A stretch of 64,000 nucleotides of DNA from a virus, in IMG/VR virus record IMGVR_UViG_3300025109_000004, positions 5,056 to 69,055 of that record; one strand, given 5' to 3'. This document shows positions 28,607 to 38,418 of this stretch, one piece after another; position 1 is the first letter of the stretch, and every line of letters begins with the position of its first letter. Made by a program: the position numbers and the translations under genes. The notes under the pieces were generated by a model that was not told where the DNA came from, ran no database searches, and was given only the letters and a program-made list of their open reading frames with translations.

Positions 28607-30145
28607 TCACATCGTCCTGATCTGGGGTCTCGCCCCCTTTTTGCCGTACTTGGTATAGAGACCATATCTAAAGGTATCACAGAAGTGATCATTGAACTTC
28701 ACCGGCTCCTCCAGAACGTGACCATTACTATCCTCCCTGTAGGAATAACCGCTGATCTCCTTTACCCCATCGGGGCTGTTGTCAAGGATATGAAGCTTCC
28801 ACCGCTTGCAGTAATCAATCCCATCACTGACCGATTTATCCGATGGCAGACATTTAAAACCGTTGTCGTTGATCTCCTTTATACGGGCGGGCTCCTGTGT
28901 GTCTGCATATATGGGATATCTCTTCCGGTTCTCTGTCGGGATCTTTTTATCCAACACCTTATCGATAAGATCCCGGTTGGTGTAACCCGGTTTATACAAT
29001 ACAATCTCAAGCCACGCCTCCATGATCGTCGGGTCAGCCCAGATCCTCGCCACACAGGTCGGGGAAGAGAAGCCAAAGTCAACGGCATATATTTCCCCTA
29101 TACCTGCCCTAACCTCCTCGGGCACTTTGTCAACCACATCCCATTTGCGGTAAATAATATTCTCCAGCGAGCCCCACTCACCAAGGGTATAGATCCGGTG
29201 GAAGTTGGGATCCTGAGCCGCCAGCCCCTCAACATAATCAACATAATCCTTATCGAGATACGGATTGTCCTTATACGTGGATATGATCTCAGCCAGATCA
29301 CCGGTCTGTTTATCAAGCAGCTCGGTCTTGATCCAGTGTATCTCATTGATGGGATTAAAAGCAAGATGTATCTGATTACGAGTACCCCCTCTGGGGACCG
29401 ATGCCCTTAATCTCAACAACAGCTGCTTATAGTCGGCATGATCAAACTCCGTAGCCTCCTCTAATAAAATATCATTCCACTCTGTTGATTTAATTCTCTC
29501 AGGGTCGGCAAATAAAGAACCAAAGTGGAGAAGATTACGACCATAACGATAATTCATCTCCACCTTTTCCTCTTTCACATACCGATCCAGTTTATAGGAG
29601 TGAAGGATCTCGTCTATCTTCGGCTTTACCGATGCCCTTAATGACGGCAGGGTTTTTCTCAGTATTAATATCTTTCTCGGTCCAACGCCAAACAGCCGCT
29701 CAACCATCAGCTGATAAACACTATGGCTTTTGCTTGACCCCGCCCCGCCCCTTGATAACACTATCCTCGAATTGGATGTCATCTTCAGCTTCATGAAGAC
29801 GGGAGTGATCTGGATGTTTCTCTCCTCCTGCTGTTTCTTATCGGGTATGGGATTACCGGCTTTTACTTTTTTCTTTTTCCCGGGACCATTGTTATCAGAA
29901 ATATTTTTATTAAGATTCTTTTTTCTGGAAGTACTTTTGTCTAAAGAAACAGAAGCTGATTTGTTTAAAGAATCGGATAAAGTATTTTTATCAGAAGCTG
30001 ATTTGTCTAAAATAACTGTGGAGGGGTTATCATTCCCCCCAGTCAAACACGAGCTATTTTTTGATAGGGGGATAGTCTGAGGGGGTTGAGGTATTATTCT
30101 TCCCTCTCTCCATATCAAATTATTGCCCTGTAACCCTGCTTCCAT
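28607..30145 (-). CDS. terL: Terminase large subunit (PBSX/Terminase_3-like)
   Basis: Walker A RGGAGSSKS, Walker B ILLEEATE, AFNP, STYKDNPYL, VDFGF, DHFCDTFRYG. Confidence 0.95.
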   Translation of the reverse strand: MEAGLQGNNLIWREGRIIPQPPQTIPLSKNSSCLTGGNDNPSTVILDKSASDKNTLSDSLNKSASVSLDKSTSRKKNLNKNISDNNGPGKKKKVKAGNPIPDKKQQEERNIQITPVFMKLKMTSNSRIVLSRGGAGSSKSHSVYQLMVERLFGVGPRKILILRKTLPSLRASVKPKIDEILHSYKLDRYVKEEKVEMNYRYGRNLLHFGSLFADPERIKSTEWNDILLEEATEFDHADYKQLLLRLRASVPRGGTRNQIHLAFNPINEIHWIKTELLDKQTGDLAEIISTYKDNPYLDKDYVDYVEGLAAQDPNFHRIYTLGEWGSLENIIYRKWDVVDKVPEEVRAGIGEIYAVDFGFSSPTCVARIWADPTIMEAWLEIVLYKPGYTNRDLIDKVLDKKIPTENRKRYPIYADTQEPARIKEINDNGFKCLPSDKSVSDGIDYCKRWKLHILDNSPDGVKEISGYSYREDSNGHVLEEPVKFNDHFCDTFRYGLYTKYGKKGARPQIRTM

Positions 30146-30170
30146 CTATCTTTCCCCATCTATCTATCGT

Positions 30171-30280
30171 TAAATTAAGGATCCTACCGCTCTCCATCGC
30201 TCTCTAATCAATTATTTCTCTGAAAAGGTCATATCCTATGGCTTTAAAATTATAAGCCCTTAGAATCGATTTGCGGGCTT
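30171..30280. repeat. Dispersed ~110-bp non-coding element, copy B (terS-terL gap)
   Basis: Colinear similarity with 8888-8997. Confidence 0.8.
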
Positions 30281-30750
30281 CACTGTATTGTTGGTTGCTG
30301 CTGCTCCTCATTCTCTTCTCTCTGCTGCTTTACTTTATCGGGGGTCATCAGATCGTAATTAAACGTTATCGGCACATTGGGTAAGATTACTTCATTGGTA
30401 TCCATATAGCCCCTGCTCTTACCTTTCATCTTTAAAGTAAACTCAGTAGCCCACTTATGCCCTTGCTCAAGAGCTGCAGTAAGATTGTATTCAGCAAGAT
30501 CCAAAACCTCTTCCTCGGTTCTCTTTGCCACAAGCTGAAGAACCTTATTGTTTTTTATCCACCAGTAGACAGATGAGAAGGTAACATCCAGTTTCTTTGC
30601 CGCGAGTGAGGTACTGCCCCCACATTTCTCCAGAGCCCTCTTTACCTTGCGCAGGGTCAGACCGGCATTCCTACCCTGAGACCTTCGATCTGTTATCTGC
30701 TTTGCCGTATCCATCTGTTTCATTATGTCTGTATCAACTTTTATTGTCAT
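30280..30750 (-). CDS. terS: Terminase small subunit
   Basis: HTH ALEKCGG..SLAAKKL.V..SSVY.W, LDLAE..L, A..F.LK..GK.RGY; directly upstream of terL. Confidence 0.8.
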   Translation of the reverse strand: MTIKVDTDIMKQMDTAKQITDRRSQGRNAGLTLRKVKRALEKCGGSTSLAAKKLDVTFSSVYWWIKNNKVLQLVAKRTEEEVLDLAEYNLTAALEQGHKWATEFTLKMKGKSRGYMDTNEVILPNVPITFNYDLMTPDKVKQQREENEEQQQPTIQ

Positions 30751-31471
30751 TGTTCTCTATTCTTTCCCTATTGCTGTTCTGTTTTATGGAGAAATGCATA
30801 AGTGCTTTGATCTAAGATAAGTAGGTGAGAACCACCCTCGACTATTTTCTCGGTTGTTTTTAACGCTTTGTTTCTCTCTATTTCTCTCTCTTATTTACTA
30901 CCAATCTTTCGGACCATTATTACCCACACTCTTTATACTGATCTCTCTTATTCTTCCCACTCTCACAATCTTTACTTTATATAATAATATCAATATCATT
31001 TCTTATCCTTAGGGTTCTTCTTTTCTCTTTATCTTCTCTCCAATAAAAAAGGGATTCATAACCGTTTCTCAGCCCCCATTCTATGTGATGGTTGGAAGAG
31101 CCTTGACGTGCCTGTTGAATCCCTCTTTCATGTTAATACTTTTGTTGTTGTATTTACTTCATTTCTCATACCCTTTTCCCGTGCATATTATTCTTATTTT
31201 AACGTTATAAAGACATTCCAGTAATTGTTAAATTATTTTCCCTTTAAACAGTTGATTTTATTAACCATTCCTTTTATTCCCGGATATGGCTGTTTTCTTA
31301 ATAAATTCCTCTATGGAAACCCCTTTACCAGAGTATAACATCTCTGTTGGTTTCCGTTCACCGATCAGTTCAAAGAGTATATCCATCCCATCCTCCCAGT
31401 GGTTATCCGAGTTAATAAGCCCAATGACTTTTCTTATCTGCTCCCTCTCATTCTTTGTCATATTATTCCCT

Positions 31472-31729
31472 CTACCATCTTAACTGCTCAACGGTCTTAT
31501 TACTATTGTACAGGGTATAACCGTCCTCCTCTATGAGCACCCGTATGGCTGCTTCTATTACTGCCCTCTCCTCCACAATTCCCTTGAAAGGATAATTTAA
31601 ATAATAATCCCCATCCCTTGCCCTTTCTTTTATCCTTTCATAGACGATAGATAGTGTATGCTGTACCCTTATATTAAGTTTCGTATTCCCTTTCTTACTG
31701 GATAGTTTTCTCGCCTCTTCTACTTTCAT
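31472..31729 (-). CDS. Hypothetical protein
   Basis: AGGAGGGCAA RBS; 85 aa. Confidence 0.6.
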   Translation of the reverse strand: MKVEEARKLSSKKGNTKLNIRVQHTLSIVYERIKERARDGDYYLNYPFKGIVEERAVIEAAIRVLIEEDGYTLYNSNKTVEQLRW

Positions 31730-31751
31730 TATCTTTGCCCTCCTTTTTTAT

Positions 31752-32378
31752 TTATAGCCTGTCGTTGACGATTAGAGATATCTCCCCCTTCATCATATTC
31801 TTTATCTCTCGGTACGTGTTGATGTCGAGGCTAGTCTTCTCTCTTCTTTCCAGACGTTGCTCCTTATTCCCGGTCATCGATAACAGCGCATCCTCAAACA
31901 CGATCCTATCCTCACTTGACAGCTCCTCGTAAATTGATTTTAATTCCTCGATGATCCCGTACAGATTAATATTTCTCTCTGGTCTAATGAGGTACTCGCT
32001 AATGACTGAATACGGGACATGTCGTGGGTGTTTGTTCTTGTTGACAAAATGGATGAGCATCCCATAGGTTGTATACTTATTGGTGTGCTGGATAATGTTA
32101 ATATTATTTTTTTCTTTATAGCCATTGAGGGCAAAGAGAAAACAATCCCATGATACACTCAATAGCTCTCCCTCCCCCATAAAATATTTTCTCTGCTTTA
32201 AAAACCTCTTCATCTCCAAGACTATAAATGATTGGAGCATGTCATATAGCCGGTTTCTTTTTTTATTTTTTACTTTTTTATAAATTGATCTACTATACTC
32301 CCTGTACGATCTCTCTATTACCTCTATCTCCTCTTTGTTTTTTGATAATCCATTACCGTTATTATTTTTCATAGGCAC
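31752..32378 (-). CDS. Hypothetical protein, possible sigma-factor-like regulator
   Basis: First gene of the minus arm; ELLSVSWDCFLFALNGY weakly recalls sigma region 2. Confidence 0.35.
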   Translation of the reverse strand: MPMKNNNGNGLSKNKEEIEVIERSYREYSRSIYKKVKNKKRNRLYDMLQSFIVLEMKRFLKQRKYFMGEGELLSVSWDCFLFALNGYKEKNNINIIQHTNKYTTYGMLIHFVNKNKHPRHVPYSVISEYLIRPERNINLYGIIEELKSIYEELSSEDRIVFEDALLSMTGNKEQRLERREKTSLDINTYREIKNMMKGEISLIVNDRL

Positions 32379-32697
32379 TCCCCCCTCCTCTTGATTTATT
32401 GTTGTGTGGTGGTTGATTTATTGCCTGCTACGAGAATTATATCTCAAAAAATATAAAAAATAAATACCTATCTCAAGGGGTCTAAGTAGTTGAAATCCCA
32501 TGGAAAATGAAAAAATATCTTGTAAGTAGTTATATTACCTTATAAAATCAGACAGGTCGAGTAAAATGGGCTTTTTTGGGGGCTGAAAATAATTTTTTTG
32601 CAGAAAAATGAAAAAAAAATGAAAAAAAATAACATAAGTCTTTTCAATGAGTTAGAGGGCTATTTCAGGACTAATCAAAAATAATTGAAAATAAGCA

Positions 32698-32725
32698 TTG
32701 CAATTACTATATATATACTTATAAT
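32698..32725 (+). promoter_or_regulatory. Sigma70-type early promoter
   Basis: TTGCAA-16 nt-TATAAT with A-rich upstream region, ahead of the first plus-strand gene. Confidence 0.7.
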
Positions 32726-32902
32726 TTTAGACATGAGAGCGAATCAAACATACAACAGCCAATCAAACACAGGGAGGAACTTCTCCACAATAGCCAAAGA
32801 TTCCAATAATTGCTCGGATGGCAGGTCGCAAGAAAGTATGGTCATTGTTCACTATCAAAGAAACAGAAGTTTAATAATTAATCTTTTAAAAGGAGAAAGA
32901 TC

Positions 32903-33259
32903 ATGGATGACAAAAAAGAACTGCAAGATATGTTAAGGGAAATGAGTAAAAAAACTGAAGTCGTTGGGGAACTTGATGGAAGATCATGTTACGGTCATTG
33001 TTTAATACTTGAGAATTTGGTTCCCCCAAGTGTATTTATTAAAACGGCGGAGGAGTTGGGGTGGACCCAGCAAGTACTCGATGAAACTAAAAAACATAAA
33101 GCAGAAAAATGTTTGTTCGTTGACCTTGGACTTGAAGGGAACGAAGAGATTGGATTTTATATGCAAAAACCGGATGAGGATGGTTACTTGATGGCGTTGG
33201 TGTATCAACTGGATTTTGAGAGTGGGGAGGCATTACTTTTTATTGGTGATGCTGAGTAG
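32903..33259 (+). CDS. Early hypothetical protein
   Basis: AAAGGAGAAAGATCATG initiation region. Confidence 0.7.
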   Translation: MDDKKELQDMLREMSKKTEVVGELDGRSCYGHCLILENLVPPSVFIKTAEELGWTQQVLDETKKHKAEKCLFVDLGLEGNEEIGFYMQKPDEDGYLMALVYQLDFESGEALLFIGDAE

Positions 33260-33397
33260 CTGTTAAATCGTTAACCCTCTAACCAATAGGAGAAATCATA
33301 ATTATGAATTAGAGTATTCATGGGGTAGGGGATGGTGGTAATGCCGAGCCCCCCTCCTCCCCGATGAGTATTTTAATAATCTTAAAAGGAGGAAAAT

Positions 33398-33652
33398 ATG
33401 AAACTAGAATTTATGCAGAAGCATGAGAACCACAAATACAAATCATTTTGCCATACCGAACTTTACAGCTTTATGATCACCACTTCAACAGTTGATGGAG
33501 ATGTAGAAAAGACAATCGAAACATCAGTTAACTATGTTCCTGAGTTTGACGATTTTGCAACTGTAAACCCAAGACTGCTGACCGCAGAAGTAAAAGCATT
33601 AATCAGAGCATTCACATTCCGAGAAGAACAATACATAATAATCGATAATTAA
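33398..33652 (+). CDS. Early hypothetical protein
   Basis: AAGGAGG RBS right after hairpin 33308-33377. Confidence 0.7.
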   Translation: MKLEFMQKHENHKYKSFCHTELYSFMITTSTVDGDVEKTIETSVNYVPEFDDFATVNPRLLTAEVKALIRAFTFREEQYIIIDN

Positions 33653-33770
33653 GAAAGGAGCTATATGTTCACGGTGAAGGAATTTATTTGTCTTATTATC
33701 TGCATCATCTCGATGCTGGTCGTATGCTACATCAACGACCCTAACGACACCCTAATGGAGGACAAAGACT

Positions 33771-34079
33771 ATGCCATGTTATCAAGTGAGGACAATTAAT
33801 GTGAAGTTCAAAGCATTGAGCAAAGAACTCTTATATGAAACATTCACAAACTTAGGATGGACGGTTACAGAAAATCATCGCAACGAAATAAGAATAGATG
33901 GTAAAGCGATTACGCTCCTTCTCAATGAGGGGGTTGCCGATCTGCCGGTCCGAGAACAGAACAATCTCAACAAACTCAAGCAAGCATATTCAAAAACGGT
34001 CGTCGAGAAAATTGCCAAAAAGAAAAAGTGGATCATCAGGAACCAATCGGAAAACAAGATGACAGCGAGGAGGTATTAA
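33771..34079 (+). CDS. DUF1257/Ycf35-like protein
   Basis: ELL.ETF.NLGW...NKLKQAYSK.VVE..AKKKKW; context with DUF2997-like and AAA genes. Confidence 0.5.
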   Translation: MPCYQVRTINVKFKALSKELLYETFTNLGWTVTENHRNEIRIDGKAITLLLNEGVADLPVREQNNLNKLKQAYSKTVVEKIAKKKKWIIRNQSENKMTARRY

Positions 34080-34083
34080 TCTC

Positions 34084-34341
34084 ATGTACTCACTCAGAGA
34101 TGATCATAACAACTTGCTAGGTACTGATGAAAGTGATCAAAAATTAATCGATTTTATTGTTAAGCAAGAGCAGAGAGAAAATGGGAAAGACATTTACTGG
34201 AATCGAACAACCATTACAGAAAGAAACGATGAAATTTCTTTTTGGTATCCTGTTGATGAAACATGGGAAGAAGATGCTTACCCAAACGAAACATATACTC
34301 TAACATATAGTGGAAAACTTTCTTCGGAAGGAGGGCATTAA
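34084..34341 (+). CDS. Early hypothetical protein
   Basis: GAGGAGG RBS; 85 aa. Confidence 0.6.
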   Translation: MYSLRDDHNNLLGTDESDQKLIDFIVKQEQRENGKDIYWNRTTITERNDEISFWYPVDETWEEDAYPNETYTLTYSGKLSSEGGH

Positions 34342-34345
34342 TATT

Positions 34346-34540
34346 ATGGCTGATATAATAAATATTGAAATACTGGAGGATGGTACGGTCAAGTTTGAGA
34401 CCGACAAAATCTCGGATGCTCGACATGTGGCGGCTGATCAGTTTCTCACAGAGGTTGAGGAACTGCTTGGCGGTCCGGTCGATATCAAACAGAAGAAGAA
34501 ACATCATCACGTTCATACTCACAACCATGTCAAAGCATAG
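34346..34540 (+). CDS. DUF2997-like small protein with His-rich tail
   Basis: MADIINIEILEDGTVKFET...EVEELLGG...HHHVHTHNH; start re-placed at RBS AAGGAGGG. Confidence 0.55.
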   Translation: MADIINIEILEDGTVKFETDKISDARHVAADQFLTEVEELLGGPVDIKQKKKHHHVHTHNHVKA

Positions 34541-34596
34541 ATTAAATCTCTTTGAGAGGACTGATTCATTTCAGACTCCTCTCATGGATGTTTAAT
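34541..34596 (+). other. Conserved intergenic bulged hairpin (family also at 33308-33377, 35922-35980, 36443-36496, 39344-39403)
   Basis: TGAGAGGA/TCCTCTCA stem, 3' AC bulge, CTGA/TCAG upper stem, ATTAAA/TTTAAT base. Confidence 0.8.
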
Positions 34597-35126
34597 TTTT
34601 TATTAATCTTAACCAAGGAGAGAGATCATGAGAAAACCAAATCACTGTTCGGTATTAACAGAAATTATCTGTGCAACCGAGAAATGTAACCGCCGGATCA
34701 AGAAAAATCTTTTTGAGAGGAAAGAAGGAAAAGGGAAAGACCTGTACTGCTACAAATGCTACAGAATAATGAGCGGGGCGGGACCGGAGAAAAAGAAAAA
34801 GAAAGAACAAAGCGTTTAAAGATTTTTTATTAACCTCATAGGAGGAAAGGAGATGAAAAAGATATTTTTGTTAATTTTCATATTTACATTCATGCCCCTG
34901 AATAAAAGTTTTGGACAATCAGAAATACCAATATCCATAACAGAGATTAGAATGGAGAACTCTTCTGATCCCCCCACTATACCAGAGGATAAAAACTGCA
35001 GAGAGATATTCTGGGCAATTGTGGGGACAATCTATACAGCTTTAACAGGAGAGGTGATATACCATGTTCCCGATACAGGCGAGGGACCATATTTATGAAA
35101 TACAAAAAACCATAGAAAGGAGGATC

Positions 35127-35573
35127 ATGAATCAAATACATGTGGGTTTTACAGGTACTCGACAGGGGATGACTGACAAGCAAAAAACAACACTCCATAA
35201 AATATTAGTAAGCAATAATAATATAAAAAATGTAGATGTTCTTCATCATGGAGATTGCAAAGGAGCCGATGCTGATGCTCATTATGAATGTTGGAAATTA
35301 GCTATTTCTATTATTCTTCATCCACCGGATAATCCTAAGCATCGAAACTACTGTGACACTGGTCCATATGAAGATATGGTAAAAGAAATCAATCCCACAA
35401 AACCATATCTTACTCGTAACCATGATATTGTTGATGAAACAGATTATCTCATCGCTTGTCCCGATGGGTACAAAGAAGAACTACGCAGTGGCACATGGGC
35501 AACAATACGGTATGCAAAAAAACAACATGTTCTAGTTTATATTATTTACCCAGATGGAACACTGGGACATTAA
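35127..35573 (+). CDS. SLOG-superfamily (DprA/YspA-like) nucleotide-binding protein
   Basis: VGFTGTR, LHHGDCKGAD, RNHDIVD, SGTWATIRYA. Confidence 0.75.
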   Translation: MNQIHVGFTGTRQGMTDKQKTTLHKILVSNNNIKNVDVLHHGDCKGADADAHYECWKLAISIILHPPDNPKHRNYCDTGPYEDMVKEINPTKPYLTRNHDIVDETDYLIACPDGYKEELRSGTWATIRYAKKQHVLVYIIYPDGTLGH

Positions 35574-35608
35574 AGATTTTCAAAGCCATAGAGAGGAGGT
35601 GATATAGT

Positions 35609-35884
35609 ATGGCGATAAAATACTTGCAAACTTTTGAGGTGAAAGGAAACGGGGCATTCCCTCTTGATATGCTGCGCTACGATAGATGTTTTCCTGCAAC
35701 AGAAAGTGATAGCAGGAAAATAGCGGACACAGAATTTAGCGTTGGAGTCAATACCCACTCAATCAAACTATGCCGGTATGTATCAGTTCGACAAACTCCA
35801 ACTGTCGATAGATGGAACAGTTTTCTATGGAAGGTAGTTCCAGATTCTATAACCATAGAAAATAATATAGTTATTTTCTATTGA
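35609..35884 (+). CDS. Early hypothetical protein
   Basis: FEVKG.G.FPLDMLRYDRCFP...PT.DRW.SF.W; strong RBS. Confidence 0.7.
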   Translation: MAIKYLQTFEVKGNGAFPLDMLRYDRCFPATESDSRKIADTEFSVGVNTHSIKLCRYVSVRQTPTVDRWNSFLWKVVPDSITIENNIVIFY

Positions 35885-36020
35885 AAAAGAAAAACAAAAA
35901 GAAATAATTACTGAAAGAGTGTAAAGATTTTCGAGACCATCAACCACAGACCACGGTTGAACTGGTCTCGTGAGTTTTTAACCTTAATTATTTTTACTAA
36001 CCTTAGAAGGAGGAAAGACT

Positions 36021-36446
36021 ATGAAAGATCGTATCATGTACACCAACGTCAAGTATAAACTTAATCAAGCATTCAAAGAAATCAGGAAAGAGGGAATCCT
36101 CGCAAGGCAGAATTTCTCATGCTGTCAGGGATGTGGAAGCTATGACCTTGCTGAAGCAGCTGAACAGCAAGAAAAAAATGGCAAGAAAAAAGTTCTCGGG
36201 TATGTCTTCTATCACCGACAGGACAATGAAAAATTTTTGGAAACTGGTAAAGTCCATCTTGCTTTCACCTCACTTCATAAGGATCTCTCTACGAAGCAAC
36301 TCGGATTGATGATCGTTGCCATACTGCTGAAGAATGGAATATGTCTTAATTGGGATTATACCAGTAATACAAGAATTGAAGTCACCGGAACAACATCTAT
36401 TGAACCTACTCCGATACATCATATTTCACCAAACGATAGAGGTTAA
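36021..36446 (+). CDS. Hypothetical protein (DUF6891-like)
   Basis: L..AF..I...GILARQNFSCCQGCG...GYVFYH.QD. Confidence 0.6.
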   Translation: MKDRIMYTNVKYKLNQAFKEIRKEGILARQNFSCCQGCGSYDLAEAAEQQEKNGKKKVLGYVFYHRQDNEKFLETGKVHLAFTSLHKDLSTKQLGLMIVAILLKNGICLNWDYTSNTRIEVTGTTSIEPTPIHHISPNDRG

Positions 36447-36517
36447 TAGGGTTGAGGATATGCTTTAGCGATAGAGCATACCTCCTGAACCATTAATCTT
36501 TTAAAAGGAGAAAGATC

Positions 36518-36910
36518 ATGGAAATAAATAAATATGGGGATGATCTCAATTATTCTTTTCACATCACCAACGATGATGGAGAAACAATTTTTTCTTATTC
36601 AATATCCCTGAGTGGTATGTACAATCAGGGAGGGAGCTGGAGCGGATCGGTTGTATGGTATGGGAAAAGATTTCATAACTATCTCAACACTCTTCTCTGC
36701 CCCGATATGGATTCTGAGATGTACCAGCAGGCGCGATGGGAAGCAGAAAAAGAAACAAAAGATTACTGCTCATACTCACCTATCGGATGGGGATTTCAAA
36801 CTCAAAGGGAAATGAAAAAATGGATCACCAAAACTTTGCGTGACCATGTTTACCCTGCAATCAAACATGATACCAAAAAAACTATCTATCAAATTAGAAG
36901 AAATAAATAA
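36518..36910 (+). CDS. Early hypothetical protein
   Basis: 31-nt initiation region identical to that of the gene at 32903. Confidence 0.65.
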   Translation: MEINKYGDDLNYSFHITNDDGETIFSYSISLSGMYNQGGSWSGSVVWYGKRFHNYLNTLLCPDMDSEMYQQARWEAEKETKDYCSYSPIGWGFQTQREMKKWITKTLRDHVYPAIKHDTKKTIYQIRRNK

Positions 36911-36938
36911 TCCACCCAATCCAAAAGGAGGAAAGATC

Positions 36939-38390
36939 ATGAAGGGAACAAAAGAAACGATCAATGCAATAAAGGCTGGTTACTCATATTTCTACTGCCA
37001 GACATATGAGATGAACCGGACAGTCGAAAACCTGTTTGAGGAGCTGAAGACCTTCTCCGAAAATTCCTCATTATTCAACGAGGTGAAAGTCTGGGATCTC
37101 TCGATCAATGAGGATCCTGAAGAGGTCATCAACTGGCTCAGGGAACCGGGAGTGATTGTCATCGCAAAAAACTGGAACTGGTTTCTCTTGGATGATTACA
37201 ACAAACCAGAGAAACAGAACTGCTCCTTTTTACAGCGCAACTCGGATCTGTTCACATCAAAAGAAAATCGCAATGTCCTGATCATCGTTGGTGATGGTCC
37301 GATGGAAGATACTGTTCCCGCCATGCTGAAAAAGGAATTTCAGGGAATCGAATTTGAACTCCCGAAAGAAGAGGAGATCAGAGAGGTTTTAAACTTCATC
37401 ATCGAATCAGTCAGAGACAACCCGAAGTTTGAAGAGCCCTCAGAAGAACAAAAGAAACAATTGGTCGATGCAGCAAAGGGTATGACCAAAACCGAGATAA
37501 AAAACGCCTACAGCTTTTCTCTCGTTAAGACAGAAGGGAAACTTGATCCCAAGATAATAGCCAAACTCCGAGCAAAGGAAGTAGAGAACACTGCCGGTCT
37601 GAAGATCATCGAGACCGATCAGGATTTTAATACATTGAGAGGATATGAAAATCTCAAAAAATTTACCATCACCACAATCAACCATCCTTTATCAAAGGGT
37701 ATTCTCCTGCTCGGTCCGGCTGGTACTGGCAAGACTCATTTTTCAAGATGCCTTGGAAATGAATCCGGAAAAATTCTGTTTGAGCTTGAAGTTGCCGAAC
37801 TGTTCAGTGCTCTGGTCGGTTCAAGCGAGGAGCGGGTAAAGAAAGCCATTGAAATCATAATCGCGAACGCCCCCTGTATTGTTCTCATCGATGAGCTTGA
37901 GAAAGCACTGGCGGGAGTCGGGGGTGGAGGTAGCAACGATGGTGGAACAACAAAGAGGGCTCTTGCCCAGCTGCTGAAGTTCATGTCAGATACCGAAAAA
38001 AGAAAAGGGGTATACATCATCGCCACCTGTAATGATATCTCTCAACTTCCTCCTGAATGGATACGGGCAGGTCGATGGGATTCAGCACCTTTCTTCATCG
38101 ATTTACCGAGCAGTGAGGAGAAAGCAGATATTCTGAAACTCTATCAGGAAAAATATGGTGTCAACAGCAAACCAAATATGGAGGGATGGACAGGGGCAGA
38201 AATCGAATCCTGTTGTCGTATCGCATCCATGATGGAAACCTCAACCAAAGAAGCAAGCAACTTTATCGTTCCGGTAAGCAAGACAATGGAAACAGAGATC
38301 ACCAATCTTCGCAAATGGGCGAAGGGTCGTACGATAACAAGCTCCATTATTTCCAAAACAAAAACAACAAACAGAAGCATCGAAATTTAA
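36939..38390 (+). CDS. Ycf46-like AAA+ ATPase
   Basis: KGILLLGPAGTGKT, VGSSEE, VLIDELEK, IATCNDISQLPPE..RAGRWD..FFIDLP; start placed at AGGAGG RBS. Confidence 0.85.
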   Translation: MKGTKETINAIKAGYSYFYCQTYEMNRTVENLFEELKTFSENSSLFNEVKVWDLSINEDPEEVINWLREPGVIVIAKNWNWFLLDDYNKPEKQNCSFLQRNSDLFTSKENRNVLIIVGDGPMEDTVPAMLKKEFQGIEFELPKEEEIREVLNFIIESVRDNPKFEEPSEEQKKQLVDAAKGMTKTEIKNAYSFSLVKTEGKLDPKIIAKLRAKEVENTAGLKIIETDQDFNTLRGYENLKKFTITTINHPLSKGILLLGPAGTGKTHFSRCLGNESGKILFELEVAELFSALVGSSEERVKKAIEIIIANAPCIVLIDELEKALAGVGGGGSNDGGTTKRALAQLLKFMSDTEKRKGVYIIATCNDISQLPPEWIRAGRWDSAPFFIDLPSSEEKADILKLYQEKYGVNSKPNMEGWTGAEIESCCRIASMMETSTKEASNFIVPVSKTMETEITNLRKWAKGRTITSSIISKTKTTNRSIEI

Positions 38391-38418
38391 TCCCACAAAC
38401 CAAAAAGGAGAAAAGATT

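Noticed and set aside
28457-29410. 317-aa plus-strand ORF
   Set aside because: Antisense to terL in a more GC-rich stretch; no recognisable motifs.
30751-31260. Possible tRNA or known riboswitch in the long gap
   Set aside because: No cloverleaf, T-loop or recognisable aptamer consensus by eye; only a stem-loop is reported.
32685-32936. 83-aa plus ORF
   Set aside because: Overlaps the predicted promoter and leader, has a TTG start and no RBS.
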